This document shows, in pieces, positions 14,101 to 26,765 of a DNA stretch of 64,000 nucleotides. The translations under genes were made by a program, and so were the position numbers. A model generated the notes under the pieces. It was not told the DNA's origin. It saw only the letters and a list, made by a program, of their open reading frames with translations, and searched no databases. The stretch is taken from positions 2,643,003 to 2,707,002 of the forward strand of contig MU058065.1 of the NCBI GenBank assembly GCA_013265495.1, in the 5' to 3' direction. Each line of letters starts with the position of its first letter. The stretch's first letter is position 1. The DNA comes from Vicugna vicugna. Lineage: Eukaryota.

Positions 14101-14589
14101 TACTGACAGACACAGGAGACAAAAATCTGGTCTCACTGTACCTGCTCTGGTCCTGCTGCTGAAGTGGTCTCTCTGTTGACAATGTCTGGGTTATAAGTGA
14201 CACTCAGAGACTGAAGGTCTTGGCAGATGCCATCGACGTCTCCTGATTAGCAAGAGTTTGTGGGAATTTGGAACATGTGCTGAGATGTAAACAAGACCCT
14301 ATGTGATATCAGTATTTAGAGGGTGCCACATTACATAGCTGTCGCATAATGCCACCAACTTTCTAGCCACCATTTCAGCCCAACTGGCAGGACTGGCACT
14401 AGATAGCACTGGTCTAGCTCTGCTTTAACAGATTTAAGTTCATTTTATTAATCCCTTGGTTAGAATGGACTAATGTAATTGCAGTGATTTTTTATCTGAT
14501 CCCTTGGGTTCTAAGTCCATGGATTCTCATATGTAGAATTTTAAGTATTCCCCTTGACCTTGACAAGCTTCCAGCACCTCAGTGACTAG

Positions 14590-14950
14590 CAGTAGTTATA
14601 AGTGAGGGCTCCGGACCCAGATTTCTTGAGTTGAATCCTGACTTTGCCACTTACTAGCTGTATGGTCTTGGGGATGAAAAGTAAACTCAGGGTCTCTATT
14701 TCCTCATCTATAAAATGGGGATAGTCACACCTACCATATAGGGTGGGTTTATGAGATTAGTGCCTGTAAAGTGCTTGGAACAGTACTGAGCAGGTGGAAA
14801 TTGTCTATTTTTTTAAAGTTATTAAGGTTATTATTATGGACAGAGGGAGAGTGATAATGACTGCATTGCAATGTCATTTTCAGGATTAAATGAGATAATG
14901 TATGTCAAATGGTTAGCATAATGTGTAATATAAACCAGGTACTCACTAAA
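14590..14950 (+). mobile_element. MIR SINE plus a second MIR 3' fragment
   Basis: GAATCCTGACTTTGCCACTTACTAGCTGTATGGTCTTGG...TTTCCTCATCTATAAAATGGGGATA. Confidence 0.85.
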
Positions 14951-14959
14951 TGTCAGGGA

Positions 14960-15635
14960 TTGTGAAAGCACTTTACATACATTCTCCCAGCCACCCTTTG
15001 AGGTAGGTAGTAATAACATCCCTATTTTACTGAGGAAATAATTGAGGCATAGCAGGGTTAAGTAATTTGACCAAAGTCATGGAAAAACTGGGTGTATTAG
15101 TTAAGATAATGCATTATGTTGTACACCAGAAATTGACATAACATTGTAAACTGACTATACTTCAATTTAAAAAGGTTAAAAAATATAATGTGAGCTGCTA
15201 TAAAAGATATACTCATAGCTTTTAGTGCTTAACATAATAGAATATTATTTCTCATGTAAAATCCAAAATGGGTGATCATGATTGATGGGAATCCCTCCTC
15301 CAAGCAGTGATCCGAAGATCCAGGTCCTTTCTGTGCTGTAGTTCCACAACCTTTTACTTGTGACCTCCAAGGTCACTATGCTTATCTGCCTCAAGAAGGC
15401 AGAAGGGCAAAGAAGGTGGTGAATTACACAAGTTTTAAGGGAAAGCCCAATGTGCATAACACTTATGTTCATACTTCATTTCTGCACTTTAGCTATGGCA
15501 ACACTTAACTCAAGGGAGGCCAGCATACAGTCTAGTTGTGTGCCAAGAAAGCATAGGGTTTGGTGATAAGCCAGCCGTTTCTGCCATGGTGACAGAAATG
15601 GGACTCAAGTCCAGGGATTCTGACACCAAGCAATT
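14960..15635 (-). mobile_element. MIR interrupted by an MLT1 (K/L-like) LTR (~15093-15588), itself interrupted by a short L1 tail (15112-15181)
   Basis: MIR half ends ...TGACCAAAGTCATGG and resumes GTGACAGAAATGGGACTCAAGTCCAGG. The LTR starts TGTATTAGTTAAGATAAT. Confidence 0.7.
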
Positions 15636-18124
15636 GACCAGTATATTCTCTTTATGTCTTTATGACCCCTCTTTTTCCAAAAAGCTACTTGGAAGCTATA
15701 AAACATCATAAAAATGCAAATTGTTATTCCTACCCTTAGCTTGGCTTCCATAGAGCTGAACCCTCTAACCCCACTGTAGTATAATTTGAATGAAAAATAT
15801 GTTCCTAGAGCTGATATCATAAAAGAACAACTTTAATGATCTGATTCATAAATATTCTATTTATTTGGCTTCTAACACTTCTTAGTGTTAGATCAACATT
15901 TTCCATTCACCAAAATTTGCTCTTTGGATCTGCCATCTACTGAGCATTTCTATATTTTTTGGATTATGTCTACAAAATACTACATTCATTGAAACAACCT
16001 CATCCAAAATTTCATTTTTTGGTCTTCTATCCTTTATTCAATAAGCATTCATTGTGCCAGGTTCTGGGGAAATTACATTTTTTAAAGGGTTTTAACTGAA
16101 AACTAGTAGCAAGAAACCAACAGTGACTGAATTTTTTATTATGAATTTTAGAGGCTTCTAATTCCAGCATATGACATTTAGGTTTGCCCAGGATTAGATT
16201 GCCCTTCCACTGAAACTGCTTATTGTAAACTGTTTTGGCCCCAGGTTGCATTAACTTGTTTGAGAATACAAAAATATCTAAATATCATGGGCAAACCATA
16301 TCAGAAATCAAATAGAACATAGTACCCAGCTGTTTCTAGTGTCAGCGTTCCCCAAACAAGTTACACTTCACACGGCTCTGCAAGATTATTTGGGGTCTTT
16401 TAAGTCAATTTTCAGTCATCTGATTCTTCTAGCTCTGTATCACCTTGTGGTAAGAATCAGGGCTATCAAGTTGAGATTTTGTTCTTAGTAGAGTGTCCCT
16501 TGATTACCATTCAACATAAAAGGGGTACTTGAAAACACTGAAAATTCCTCCTCTTCTAGTACGTGACATTTTGGAAAAGGTTACTCCGTATATCACAATA
16601 CAGCATAACAGCCTTCCACAGAAGAATAGGCTTAAAACTCCATCTAAATAATGAATGTAAATGAAAACCAAGACGAGTGGTTCTTCAAGGTTAATCTTGG
16701 CCCCTGTGGCTGACTTTTTAGAAGAAGAAATACCTATCAGGCAGCATTCATTTCCAGTAAGAAAAGAGATGGAATCACATGAGGTCTGGGAGATGGTCAC
16801 CAGTACAGCACAGAGCAGCTCTGCACCTTCAGTGTTTGGTCCTGCTGCTACAAGATGCTCATCCTCCTCTGCAATGGGAGGGAAACAAAACAACACCAGC
16901 CATGCTGGGGCTGAGAGGCTTCCTTCTCTCAAAAGGAAATAGAGCAACAGAGACTTGTCCTTAAGCAGAACATTTACCTTTAGGAATGTTGAGGGGAAAA
17001 ACAATCAATATGAGAACAAAGGATAATTTTCAGATATACTCTCTTTCATTTTCAATTGTTGCTACTTTTCAAAATACTCAAAAGTGGGGTTGGTGGAGAG
17101 CTTTCAGAAGGAGGTGATAAATCACACTGTCAACTATCCTGGAGATGCTGATATGCCCTCCCAAACTGGCTTGTCTTGCCTGACCTTCTTACGGTCATTC
17201 CCATACCCTTCCACAAGGTCACTGCTGCTAACTGTCCCTCAGAAAAACAGAAAAAAACACTATAGGTGGCACTCATCCTCATTGCGAATTCTGAACTTTT
17301 CAGTTTTTCCCACTTGAGTAATAAAATTCTTCAATAGCTTACGTTAGGAGGCAATATATTGCGTCTTCTCGGCCAGGACTCATTCTTAACAAAATGAGGT
17401 AGAATTTTAAAAATGTGTTAATTTTCCTTTGTTCATCTTTCGCCATTCCCTGCCAGGTTTGTCAGATGAACGACCTGTCTATTGTCAGTCCTGGCTGCAG
17501 GATTATGTGACCTAAATGCTGTAGAAGTGCAGGGAAGGGTGGTATTGACTGAGGCACACGTATTTATGGAAAACATCAAGGAGAAGGGCTTGAGGCTGAT
17601 ACATGCGAGTGGGTACAGGGAGCGGGTGGACATCTCAAACCCACTCTTCAAGTCCATCTCAGATCCATTCACTCTGTGGCTACCGACCTTGATCTTGAAG
17701 GGATAGCCAATCGATTGACTCTCAGATGAAAATGGTGAAAAGCTTTATAATGATATCTAAAACAAATATTTAGTCATTAAAAACACAAGGAAGCGAAACA
17801 ATCTCATTTATATTCCATAAAGTGTCATTCTTAATAACATGAAAAAGGAAACAATATCTGTCATTATACAAATAATGTCTGGTAAAGAGAGCTGAACCAA
17901 GCTCTGACTCTCTTTTACCCCAGTGTTTTATAGAACTGAGGAGATTCAAATAGGATCGCCAAATGCAAAGGCCTGATACTTTATTATTTTGAATTAGGAT
18001 TTAATGATCGTATTCTTACTGTACAACTAAGTCATACTAGAAATAAGAGTGCATCAAGATGTATTTTTCCATAAAGGAGAAAGTGGGGGTGGGGAATAGA
18101 AATCATTGGTATCTCTCACTCTTA

Positions 18125-18548
18125 GAAATGACCACCTGTCATATCGATAAATCAGCCCAGATCCCTTCTTCAGAGCTATGCATCCATGCCCCAATTATTG
18201 AGAATGTGGCTGCTGATAGTTTTGCCCCTAACTGGAAATTGTACTTAGCTGCCAGGAATTATCTTACCAAGGTTACATCCCTTTCTGGAGGCAGCTCTAG
18301 CCAGCCTGGATGATGCAGTTATACAAAGTTCTGGCTCCATTGCCTAAATTTGGAATAACTATGAAGGGTTTTTCCAGTTCCAGAACATCCTATGGGGGTC
18401 GTTGGACGCATTCATGGCAACCACATTGTAGATCAGCTCCTCCCTCTGCCCAATCCTGCTTCCCTCACTTCTGTGCAGGTGTATCTGAGATTGCTCCCCA
18501 ATGAACGCTGTGCAGGCAAAGTTGGTCTCTAGGAACTCAGTCTAAGGA
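18125..18548 (+). mobile_element. LTR16-like ERVL solo LTR
   Basis: CTCCTCCCTCTGCCCAATCCTGCTTCCCTCACTTC...CCCCAATGAAC...CTCTAGGAACTCAGTCTAAG. Confidence 0.75.
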
Positions 18549-18549
18549 A

Positions 18550-19040
18550 ACATCCTTTAACGTTTTGGTATATTTTCCCAGGGTATATTTTACAAAACTG
18601 AGATCACACTAAATATATAATTTTATATTCTGTTTCCTTTTTTAATGTCATATTATTAGCATTTTATTTTGTTGATTCCTTTTAAAGTATATGTTAGTAA
18701 TTTCATCATATTTCAATGAATAGATGTGCCATAATTTAACTACTCTTTATCTATTCGATATTTATGATGCTCTCAATTTTCCTGTATTATAAATAATTCT
18801 ATGATGACATCAAACAGTTTTATATATAAATCTTTGACCATTTCCATTTATTTCATGAGGATACATCCCCAGAAGAGGAAGTACTGAGTCCAAGGATATG
18901 AACTCTGTCAAAAATCTCAGCGTATGTTGTTAAATTGCTTTGCAGAAATATTTTTAATGTTTTTAATGGATTTACATTTTACTACCACTTAGGATAGTAT
19001 TGATCTCACCGTGCTCTTGCCAGAACTGAATACTTATTGG
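18550..19040 (-). mobile_element. Old L1M (L1ME-like) fragment
   Basis: Reverse L1 3' motifs (GATGTGCCATAATTTAAC, CCCAGAAGAGGAAGTACTGAGTCCAAGGATATG). Confidence 0.7.
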
Positions 19041-22000
19041 TACACTTTATTCCACTTTGGGCAGTGTTCTTTAATACCAACATACTACTCCTGGGTTGAT
19101 GGGTCTAAAATCGAACTTTTCATCTAACTATACTCTCTCTTCTCAGATTTCTGCCAGCTTGTTCCCCACACTGTTTTTTAGTACTCTGCTGTAGGTCCAT
19201 GTCAGAAAATCTGTATATCAGTGCCAGGCTATGCAATTCTTAACATTATATCAGAGTCATTTATGAGGATTTTGATAATTAATTAACTTGTTCACTTTGT
19301 GGTTCAAGGAACTAGTGTAAGTCACTGAAGTATCCAATTAGCTAACTACTGGTCTTTCTCCATTATAGATACAAAAGAGGCAAGTATAAACCATTTTGAT
19401 GGGAGAGTCCTTAGATGCTAATGTATTTTGTTTTCTATTTTTGGTTCTGAGGCCAGATGACTGGTGCTTGAAGAGTTCAAAACAGAAGCTGCAAATAATA
19501 TGATTTCCTCATTCATTTACTTATTTACCATAATATATTTATTTTCATAGGTTTATGATCCTAAAGTTATGGTCTTGGATTTATGTCTTAGTAGTAATTA
19601 ATATATCATTAACATAGTTGAATAAATAGCGATATTTGTTTGGCAACTAAGTAAATTCCATTTAGAGCAGCTCAAGTCTGACAGTCTATACTTGAATAAG
19701 ATTCACGAGTCGTGGTGGCTGTGTTCTTCAGGTCACATGAAGCTGCATTTTAAGCAGCTCAGATCAGATTATCCCGATATGCATTTCTCATTCAATGGGA
19801 AAATCCAAAAATCTGCTCTGTTTTCAAGAGCATCAAATTGCAATTTCCTGTCCTGACTCAGAGCTCCACTTCTAGACACTTACTGAGTTCATTGTAGAAA
19901 AATCATATTGGCTAAAGTCAATGAAGCAAGGCCAAAGCTCCTACATAATACCCTTTAGTAAGAAATAATTAACTTGGGGGCTCTAATGTTTCAGTGGGTA
20001 AGCAGAGTAGTTTTCTCATCCAATACTTAAAAACTCTGTAAGTGTTGGGTAGTAGAAATTCATTTTTGAAAACCAGTGTTGGATTTAGGGTATTTTTATT
20101 TATAAGTTTAGCAGTGGTTATACAGCAGTAAAACAAATTTACAGAATAAGGATTTTTCACTCACTCCAGCCTATGAGGAGCGTAAAACTGCCATGGGCCA
20201 TTTGGCGATAAATTTAAGATTGGTAGGATTTTAAAAGCAAAGGGTAAGTGAGGAAACTCAAGGACAAGAACTATAATCATTTGTTCAAAGTGACTTTTGC
20301 GAGCGTGCAAGCACCAAGATTAAATGCTTTTACTGTAAACCCCTTAAGACTCTTTCTTAATTTCCATGCAAAAAGAAACACAGGCAAGAAAGAAATGAGT
20401 TGCCTTCAATAATCAAAACAAATTACAGTGCTAATGAGAGTAAGGGTGGAAAACATAGACAATATCTACATCCAGGAATGTAAATGGCTGGGACCATAAA
20501 GGCAAAATACAATTGCACTTTATTAATCTAGGCCCATCAATAAAAATCTCTCAATAGCAGACATCTGCAGTTTAGTAACAATAAGCTTTAATACTTAAAA
20601 CTCTTGCAAGGAGAGGTATGGGGCAAATCCAAGATTATATTATAAATATTTACACATTTCCTCACTTGGTGAGATTTTTAAAAGACACTTAAAGTGAGAA
20701 TGTGACATGATTATAGAATGTAAATGGATTTGATTTTAGAATTAGATAAAAGTTTCAAAACTTGTAGAGACACCAATACAAACCATAGTATCCCGTGGCA
20801 AATACACCTAAAGGTGAAATAGTAGATGAAAAGATTGAGTTAGTTCTTAGAGCTTTGGTAATTAAGAAATAACCGCTGGCTTACAAAAGAATTCATGATA
20901 AATGTTACGATTCTTTCATTGAATTAACATATTAAAACATGACAATTTACGCATAGCATACTATGTCAAACACATGAACAGACTGTATTTAGTGGAAATT
21001 AGTAGCTGATTATCCCTATATCACAAGAACCTATCTGCCAAATTTGGTTCCAATTGAGTATCACACACTCTGAACCCAACACATTCTGAATTTATGACTT
21101 TTGTTTTACAGGTGATTCTTTAACATGGTTACTGCTGTTGTAAAACTCCATTGTTTTTAATTGTTTCAAGTAGGACAGAACCAAAAAAGAAGTAGGGATA
21201 TTTTAGGAAAAAAAATAAATCTTCCTTCTCTCTTGACCTATAAAAATTGCATTAAGCACCCACCATTCCCCTAGAAGTGAGACAGGTTGTATAGATTAAG
21301 ATAAATCTAAGTATACAAATTATCTTTAGAGAGAAATAATATGGATAAGTATGAATAATAATTTAGATTTAGTTATCTTAGGTGCAGTATTCACCTAGGA
21401 TTGATCTTTCAAGGAACCCAGCAAATGTGCTTCTCCAAAGACTCAGAATTTTTACTCTGATTGCTAGCCAAGATTTGGCTTTCTAATCCCTCTCTGAAAA
21501 TTTCTCTGAACCCTGCATCTCACATACACACACACACAACTGGGGTTAATGATATGAGTAGAGTTTCAAGAGACAAAGGCTACATATACATTCCAGGAAA
21601 CTAGACCAACGGTTTAAAAAGGAGATACTTAAACATGGGAGATTTCTTTGGATCCCTCAGTTGTCAATTGAAAACTGAACTGTACCTCCAGGCAGTCATA
21701 GAAAATTGGGGATTGCCATCACTTCTGGAAGTTAGAATCAAAGCCTCTTGGAAATGGAAGGAATTATTAGATAATAAGAGTTCAATTCCCTTCAACAAAT
21801 ATGACACAATGGTGGTGGAAAAATTAAAAAGTTAGTTTATAAATGTTTAGCAATTATATTTTGGTGTTATTTAAGATAACAGCAGTTACATGGCAATCTC
21901 ATGGAAAAATATGGGAACTTTTAGTTTAACCAATATTTATAACATTCTATGTTGGAATAGACCATCCAGAATGGGACTCTTCTATAAGCCAGATATACAA

Positions 22001-22174
22001 GAATGTAACAGAATATTAGTAGACAGATTAAAGATGTGGTGACTTTATATCACTAAATCCTTCAGCTGGAAAAGAGGCAGTCTTTGTTTGAAAGAACAGT
22101 GGAGGACAATTCTTTCTAATAGTCTTATTTGTTTGAACTTTCCCTCTCCACTCCTTAGATTCCTAATATAAAAA

Positions 22175-22400
22175 AAGCTAACATTTGTGGTGGACTTTTA
22201 TCTCAGGTGCCATACTTTACACAAGTTGGGTATTTCATTTCATACGTTTTCAAATGACATAATAAGGTACATGCCATTATCACTCCTATTTTTCAGATGA
22301 GGAAATTAAGTAACTCGTTCATTGTCGTAGGTGAAAAAGCAGGAATTTTAATTTAACTCTATGCAATTCTGAAAACATGGCTTTTAGTTACTACATCATC
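22175..22400 (-). mobile_element. MIR SINE
   Basis: CCTATTTTTCAGATGAGGAAATTAAG core. Confidence 0.7.
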
Positions 22401-22624
22401 CTTCTTTTTTAGCATCCGAAAATTAACTGCTTGCATTTAAGCTTCCCTGACATACGTGGAGAATAGCTTGTCACTCCTAAAGTATAGGTTTCTCAATTAG
22501 TAAATATATATAATATCTTCCCTATAATATCCGTGCTTGGGTTTAGGGAGACAAAGTGATTTAAATAGAAAGTGCTCTAAGCTGAGATCAATTGCCTATG
22601 TGCCTTCAAACAGAAATAGAGGTA

Positions 22625-22840
22625 ATAGTTAATATTGTCTGTAAGTTATGACCCAAATACTGGGCCAAGAGCTTTTCATACTTTGTCTTGTTTAACTTTC
22701 ACTCATGTGGGAACCTATTTTACAAGAGAAAGAAACGGAGGCATAGAAAGCTCATCAATCAGCCTGAGGTCACATAGCTGCTCATAATCGTGAGTCAAGG
22801 CTCCAGACCTGTAATGAGACCACTATGATTTCCTGCCTTG
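22625..22840 (-). mobile_element. MIR SINE
   Basis: CCTATTTTACAAGAGAAAGAAACGGAGGCATAG...GAGGTCACATAGCT. Confidence 0.65.
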
Positions 22841-23139
22841 TGTAGCTGCATGCATATATTTTTGTGTAGGAAAAAATACATATATGGCAAGTTAAACAAC
22901 CTGCTCGTTTTTGGTTCTATTTAAATGTTGGGTGGGATTCAAGAGGGGAAAAGTGTAATTACACAGCAAGAGGGATGGCATGATGTTTTGTGATGGAAAT
23001 ATCCTTTGGCAGCTCAAGATAAGTTCCAGATGGTTCCTGACTGGGCTATTGCCTCATAGTCTTTCAATGTTGAATACGTTTTCCTTGCTTTATTTTGTCT
23101 GAACCACCTTAAAATCCTGGGACAGGTTGGTGGTGCTGT

Positions 23140-23240
23140 TTCTCCAATCTGCTGTATAAAAGTGCAGCTGGTGCCGCAGCTCTGTGTGGGTCCCTGAGTC
23201 ATAAACAGTGGGTGCGCAGCGACCAGATCAGATAAGCACG
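23140..23240. promoter_or_regulatory. Motif-dense putative enhancer/promoter
   Basis: CCAAT, TATAAAA, CAGCTG, TGAGTCA overlapping ATAAACA, and AGATAA in ~95 bp of unique, GC/CpG-richer sequence. Confidence 0.4.
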
Positions 23241-24339
23241 GGATGTTCCATCTTTAATAGCACAATGTACAAATGAATATGGCCTTCCATAGCATTTGTT
23301 AATATTTTAGATTCTCAACTGATCGAAAAACAGCTTAGACTAGAGAATCAAGAGGAAAATAATTTCTAATCATAGTCTAACTGACAAATATTATGGTCTG
23401 AAATTTACCCTAACATTTTCATTTTTTCCCTTCCTAGTATTGGAAATGACTTTAGCTGTACTGTAATCACAGATTTCAAAGGTTGACTCAATACTTCTCT
23501 GTTCTTACTTTCTTCTTCATGTTAGGGAAACAAGAAAGGCGTTGTTGCTAGGAAAATGGTAATAGCCACCAACTGGTTTCCTGACATTTGAGCAAGCTTA
23601 GAAGTCCAACAACAATACATTATAAATCAAAGCTGGTTCAGATAATTTCACAGCCACATCAATCATTGACTGTTCCTGACAAACTACAAAGGGAAAAAGA
23701 AGACTCACAATATTCTACAGTATGCCTTCCAGTACCTCCAGTTCCACCTGGAGAATTAGAATTTCCATTAGTTTACATGCTACTGATGTGCTGAGGAAAT
23801 ATCAATATACAGCAAACTGGCTCATTGAAAAGAAAGTTATGGCTCAAACCAAGAGGTAGATTGGGCAACTTCCTATGTAGTATAATGTAAATGACACCAT
23901 CAGAGAGATACTTGTCCTAAATTCTTCTCCATGGTTTTGACCACAGAGTTACAGCTCCCATGTATGTTTATTTCTTTGGATTAAGACGTAGAAGGTATTT
24001 GTTAAAATGGAAATATCTGATGGGGTAATACCTGAGTTCATGCAATGACAAATACCTAGGTGGAGCAAGTTTTCAAGGGAAGGAGATCTGAGATTGGAAA
24101 GAGAATCAGGGAAGATCCAACACAGGGAAGGAAATGGGGATGGAGGAGAAACCAAAGACTGGCCTGAGGTCCTGGGGCAACGGGGGGCAAATTGAGGGAC
24201 TGGGTCGAGTGGGAAACAAAGAGAGAAGGGACAACAAAGGGAGAGACAGGCAGAGAGTAAAAATTTGGAAAGAAACATTAGACAACCTGGCAACTACAAA
24301 ATTTTGCCCAGAGTCAAGCTTGGATACATACAAATAGGG

Positions 24340-24800
24340 ATATCAAGTAGGCAATTTTATCAAGAAGCTTAAACTTGTTTATGCCTTTGACTTAGTAATT
24401 CTATTTTGAAGACTTGAGTCTAATAAAATGATCCTAAGTATAGAAAATTCACATTATTATTTATAATACCAAAAACTTGGCAACCACTAAAATGCCCAAC
24501 ACAATGTCTATCTACTCAATTAAATCTTGCAAATACTTCGAGAGTTAAATTTCAACAAATATGCAATAAAATGTTTATAAGGTTGAGCTAAATAAGAAAA
24601 ATACAAAATTGAGTACATAGAGTAATTGTTATAGTAAAAATGCATTAACGTATTGACTGGGGCATATCTGACAGTTTTAAGTGAATGTGTTTTGGTGAAG
24701 GGGGTTATAGATGGTTAATGCGCCCATCAATTATTTCTTTTGACAATCTGTATTTTCCAAATGCTCTTTAATAAACCAGTATTATTTTTGTAATGGAAAC
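24340..24800 (+). mobile_element. Old L1M (L1ME/L1MC-like) 3' fragment
   Basis: ATGCCTTTGACTTAGTAATTCTATTTTG...TTATTTATAATACCAAAAACTTGGCAACCACTAAAATGCCCAAC. Confidence 0.6.
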
Positions 24801-24967
24801 TATTTATGTAGCAACAGCTCTATGGTCCCAAGGCTAGACTCCAATGCCAGCTAAACAGGTATTCCTTTGCCCCAAAAGGCCTGAGTTCAGTCAATAACAT
24901 CCCAGAAGGAAGAGGGATCCTTTGGATCAAAGATACAAGATTAACTCTTCTTCTTTAGCAGAGTTTC

Positions 24968-25360
24968 TAAGCAAGCCAGAAAGAGAAAGAAAATACTGTA
25001 TGATATCACTTACATATGGAATCTAAAATAAAAGAAAAAGATGAATGAACTTATTTACAAGACAGAAACAGACTCACAGACATAGAAAACAAACGTATGG
25101 TTACCAGTGGGGGAACGGGGTGGGAAAGAATAAATTGGGAGCTCAAGATTTGCAGATACTAACTAATGTATATAAGATAGATAAACAGCCAGTTTATGCT
25201 GTATAGCAAGGGGATCTATATTCAGTATCTTGTAGTAATTTATGGTGAAAAAAGAATATGAAAATGAATATATGTATGTTCATGTATGACCGAAGCACTG
25301 TGCTGCACACCAGAAATTGACACAACGTTGTAAACTGACAATACTTCAATAAAAATATTT
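24968..25360 (+). mobile_element. Young L1 3' UTR (camelid-type)
   Basis: AAGCCAGAAAGAGAAAGAAAATACTG...CACACCAGAAATTGACACAACGTTGTAAACTGACAATACTTCAATAAAAA. Confidence 0.9.
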
Positions 25361-26009
25361 AAGGAATCATTCATGAGAACCAGATTATATTTACATTTCT
25401 AAAAAAATTTTTTTAAAAATTGCCACCAGCATATGGGAAAAAAACACATTAGGATTGTTGTGTCAGATTAATTAATTGTGTTCTGTCAGACAAAAAAATA
25501 GAAATGTAGTTGAGTTTTGGTGGAAATTGCAATACATTCAAAATAATTATTCAAAATTTGCCTAAAAGTTATCCAGAAAGATAGGTCCTGTTCTAAGGGT
25601 AATGTGGGGACACTTGAATCATCTGTCATCTTGAAAGTCCAATACTGGCGGATCTTGATAGTAAGCAGATGGGCAGTTGTTGCCACCATAATTGGATTTT
25701 GTTAGGGCAGGAGACAGAAATAGAGATAGATCTATTTTCTTCCCTAAGAGATTTGACATTTTAAAAGATATCCCTGCCAGTGGAGAATTTGGTGACGGCT
25801 GCTCTTTTATAGTGAAAATCTTAGAGAAAAATATGTTGTGTGATGATTCATGTGAGGGTTCCAGCCTATTTAAATAAGGACCAGGTAGCATTTTAATGAT
25901 GAAAGGCGCCTAGGAGTATAGCCAATATTTCAGAGGAAAAGTGTTTACATTTGTAAGTTAAATTATTCTATTCAATACTCATAGATGGATTGGACCATCA
26001 CTGAAACGG

Positions 26010-26295
26010 GAGGCAGTGTGCAGAATGTTGTGGACTTTGGAATTAAGCAGAGCTAGGTTTGAGTCCCCTATCCGTTGCCTTGAGAAAACATTGTGTATCT
26101 TTGAGCCTCAGTCTGTTTTTCTATAAAAAGCAAGTAATAGTATATTGACCAGGCACAGTGCCAAACACTTTATATGCATTAACTCCTTTAATTCTTACAT
26201 TGACTCCATGAGGAAAGTACCATCACGAATAAATGAAAACACATATTTGAGGCAGCTGGCACATTCCATGGCACATATAAAGGGGCATCATAAAT
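26010..26295 (+). mobile_element. MIR SINE (with an internal reverse MIR piece)
   Basis: GGAGGCAGTGTG...GACTTTGGAATTAAGCAGAGCTAGGTTTGAGTCCC...GAGCCTCAGTCTG. Confidence 0.65.
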
Positions 26296-26419
26296 TTGCT
26301 CAGTTTCCCTTAGCAGGAAGATTCACAATCCTGGCCCACAACCTATCATTATATGAATAACCGTGGTTTGTTAGAGTTCATAGCTTTTGCTGTTTTCTAC
26401 CCATTTGGACAAATTTGAA

Positions 26420-26765
26420 TAGTTTTGGTTTTACTAAAAGCAGACCCTGAGACAAGGATTTGGATACCAGTAGTTTATTTGGGGATTGGAGAAGTAATAA
26501 AAGAAAAAGGGAAAATTCAATAAAGGATACATTAGTGAGTCAGTACTTTGGGCATTTGGGGCTCAGTCATCCTAGGGTGTCTCCTCGAGACTCTTTAAGA
26601 AGTACCTTGAAGTATCTTTCTAGGAGGTGAAGTATCTTTCTATGTCAGTGCTTGATGATAAACCCTGGGCCATTGGTTCCCCCTGCTTTTGTCCTTCTCT
26701 ATACTCTGAGCAAAGTTCCTCACTTAGGGAACGGGCTAGTGACCTACAGGGTGAGCAGAGGGGAC
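26420..26765 (-). mobile_element. ERVL solo LTR (LTR33/LTR16-like)
   Basis: AAGCAGACCCTGAGACAAGGATTTGG...AGTAGTTTATTTGGGGA. Confidence 0.6.

Noticed and set aside
16504..17004. Longest ORF in the track (166 aa, minus strand) and overlapping ORFs
   Set aside because: No recognisable domain, composition typical of non-coding DNA, no convincing splice boundaries; consistent with chance.
26608..26642. Tandem duplication of TGAAGTATCTTTCTA (period 20)
   Set aside because: Ordinary slippage duplication within an old LTR.
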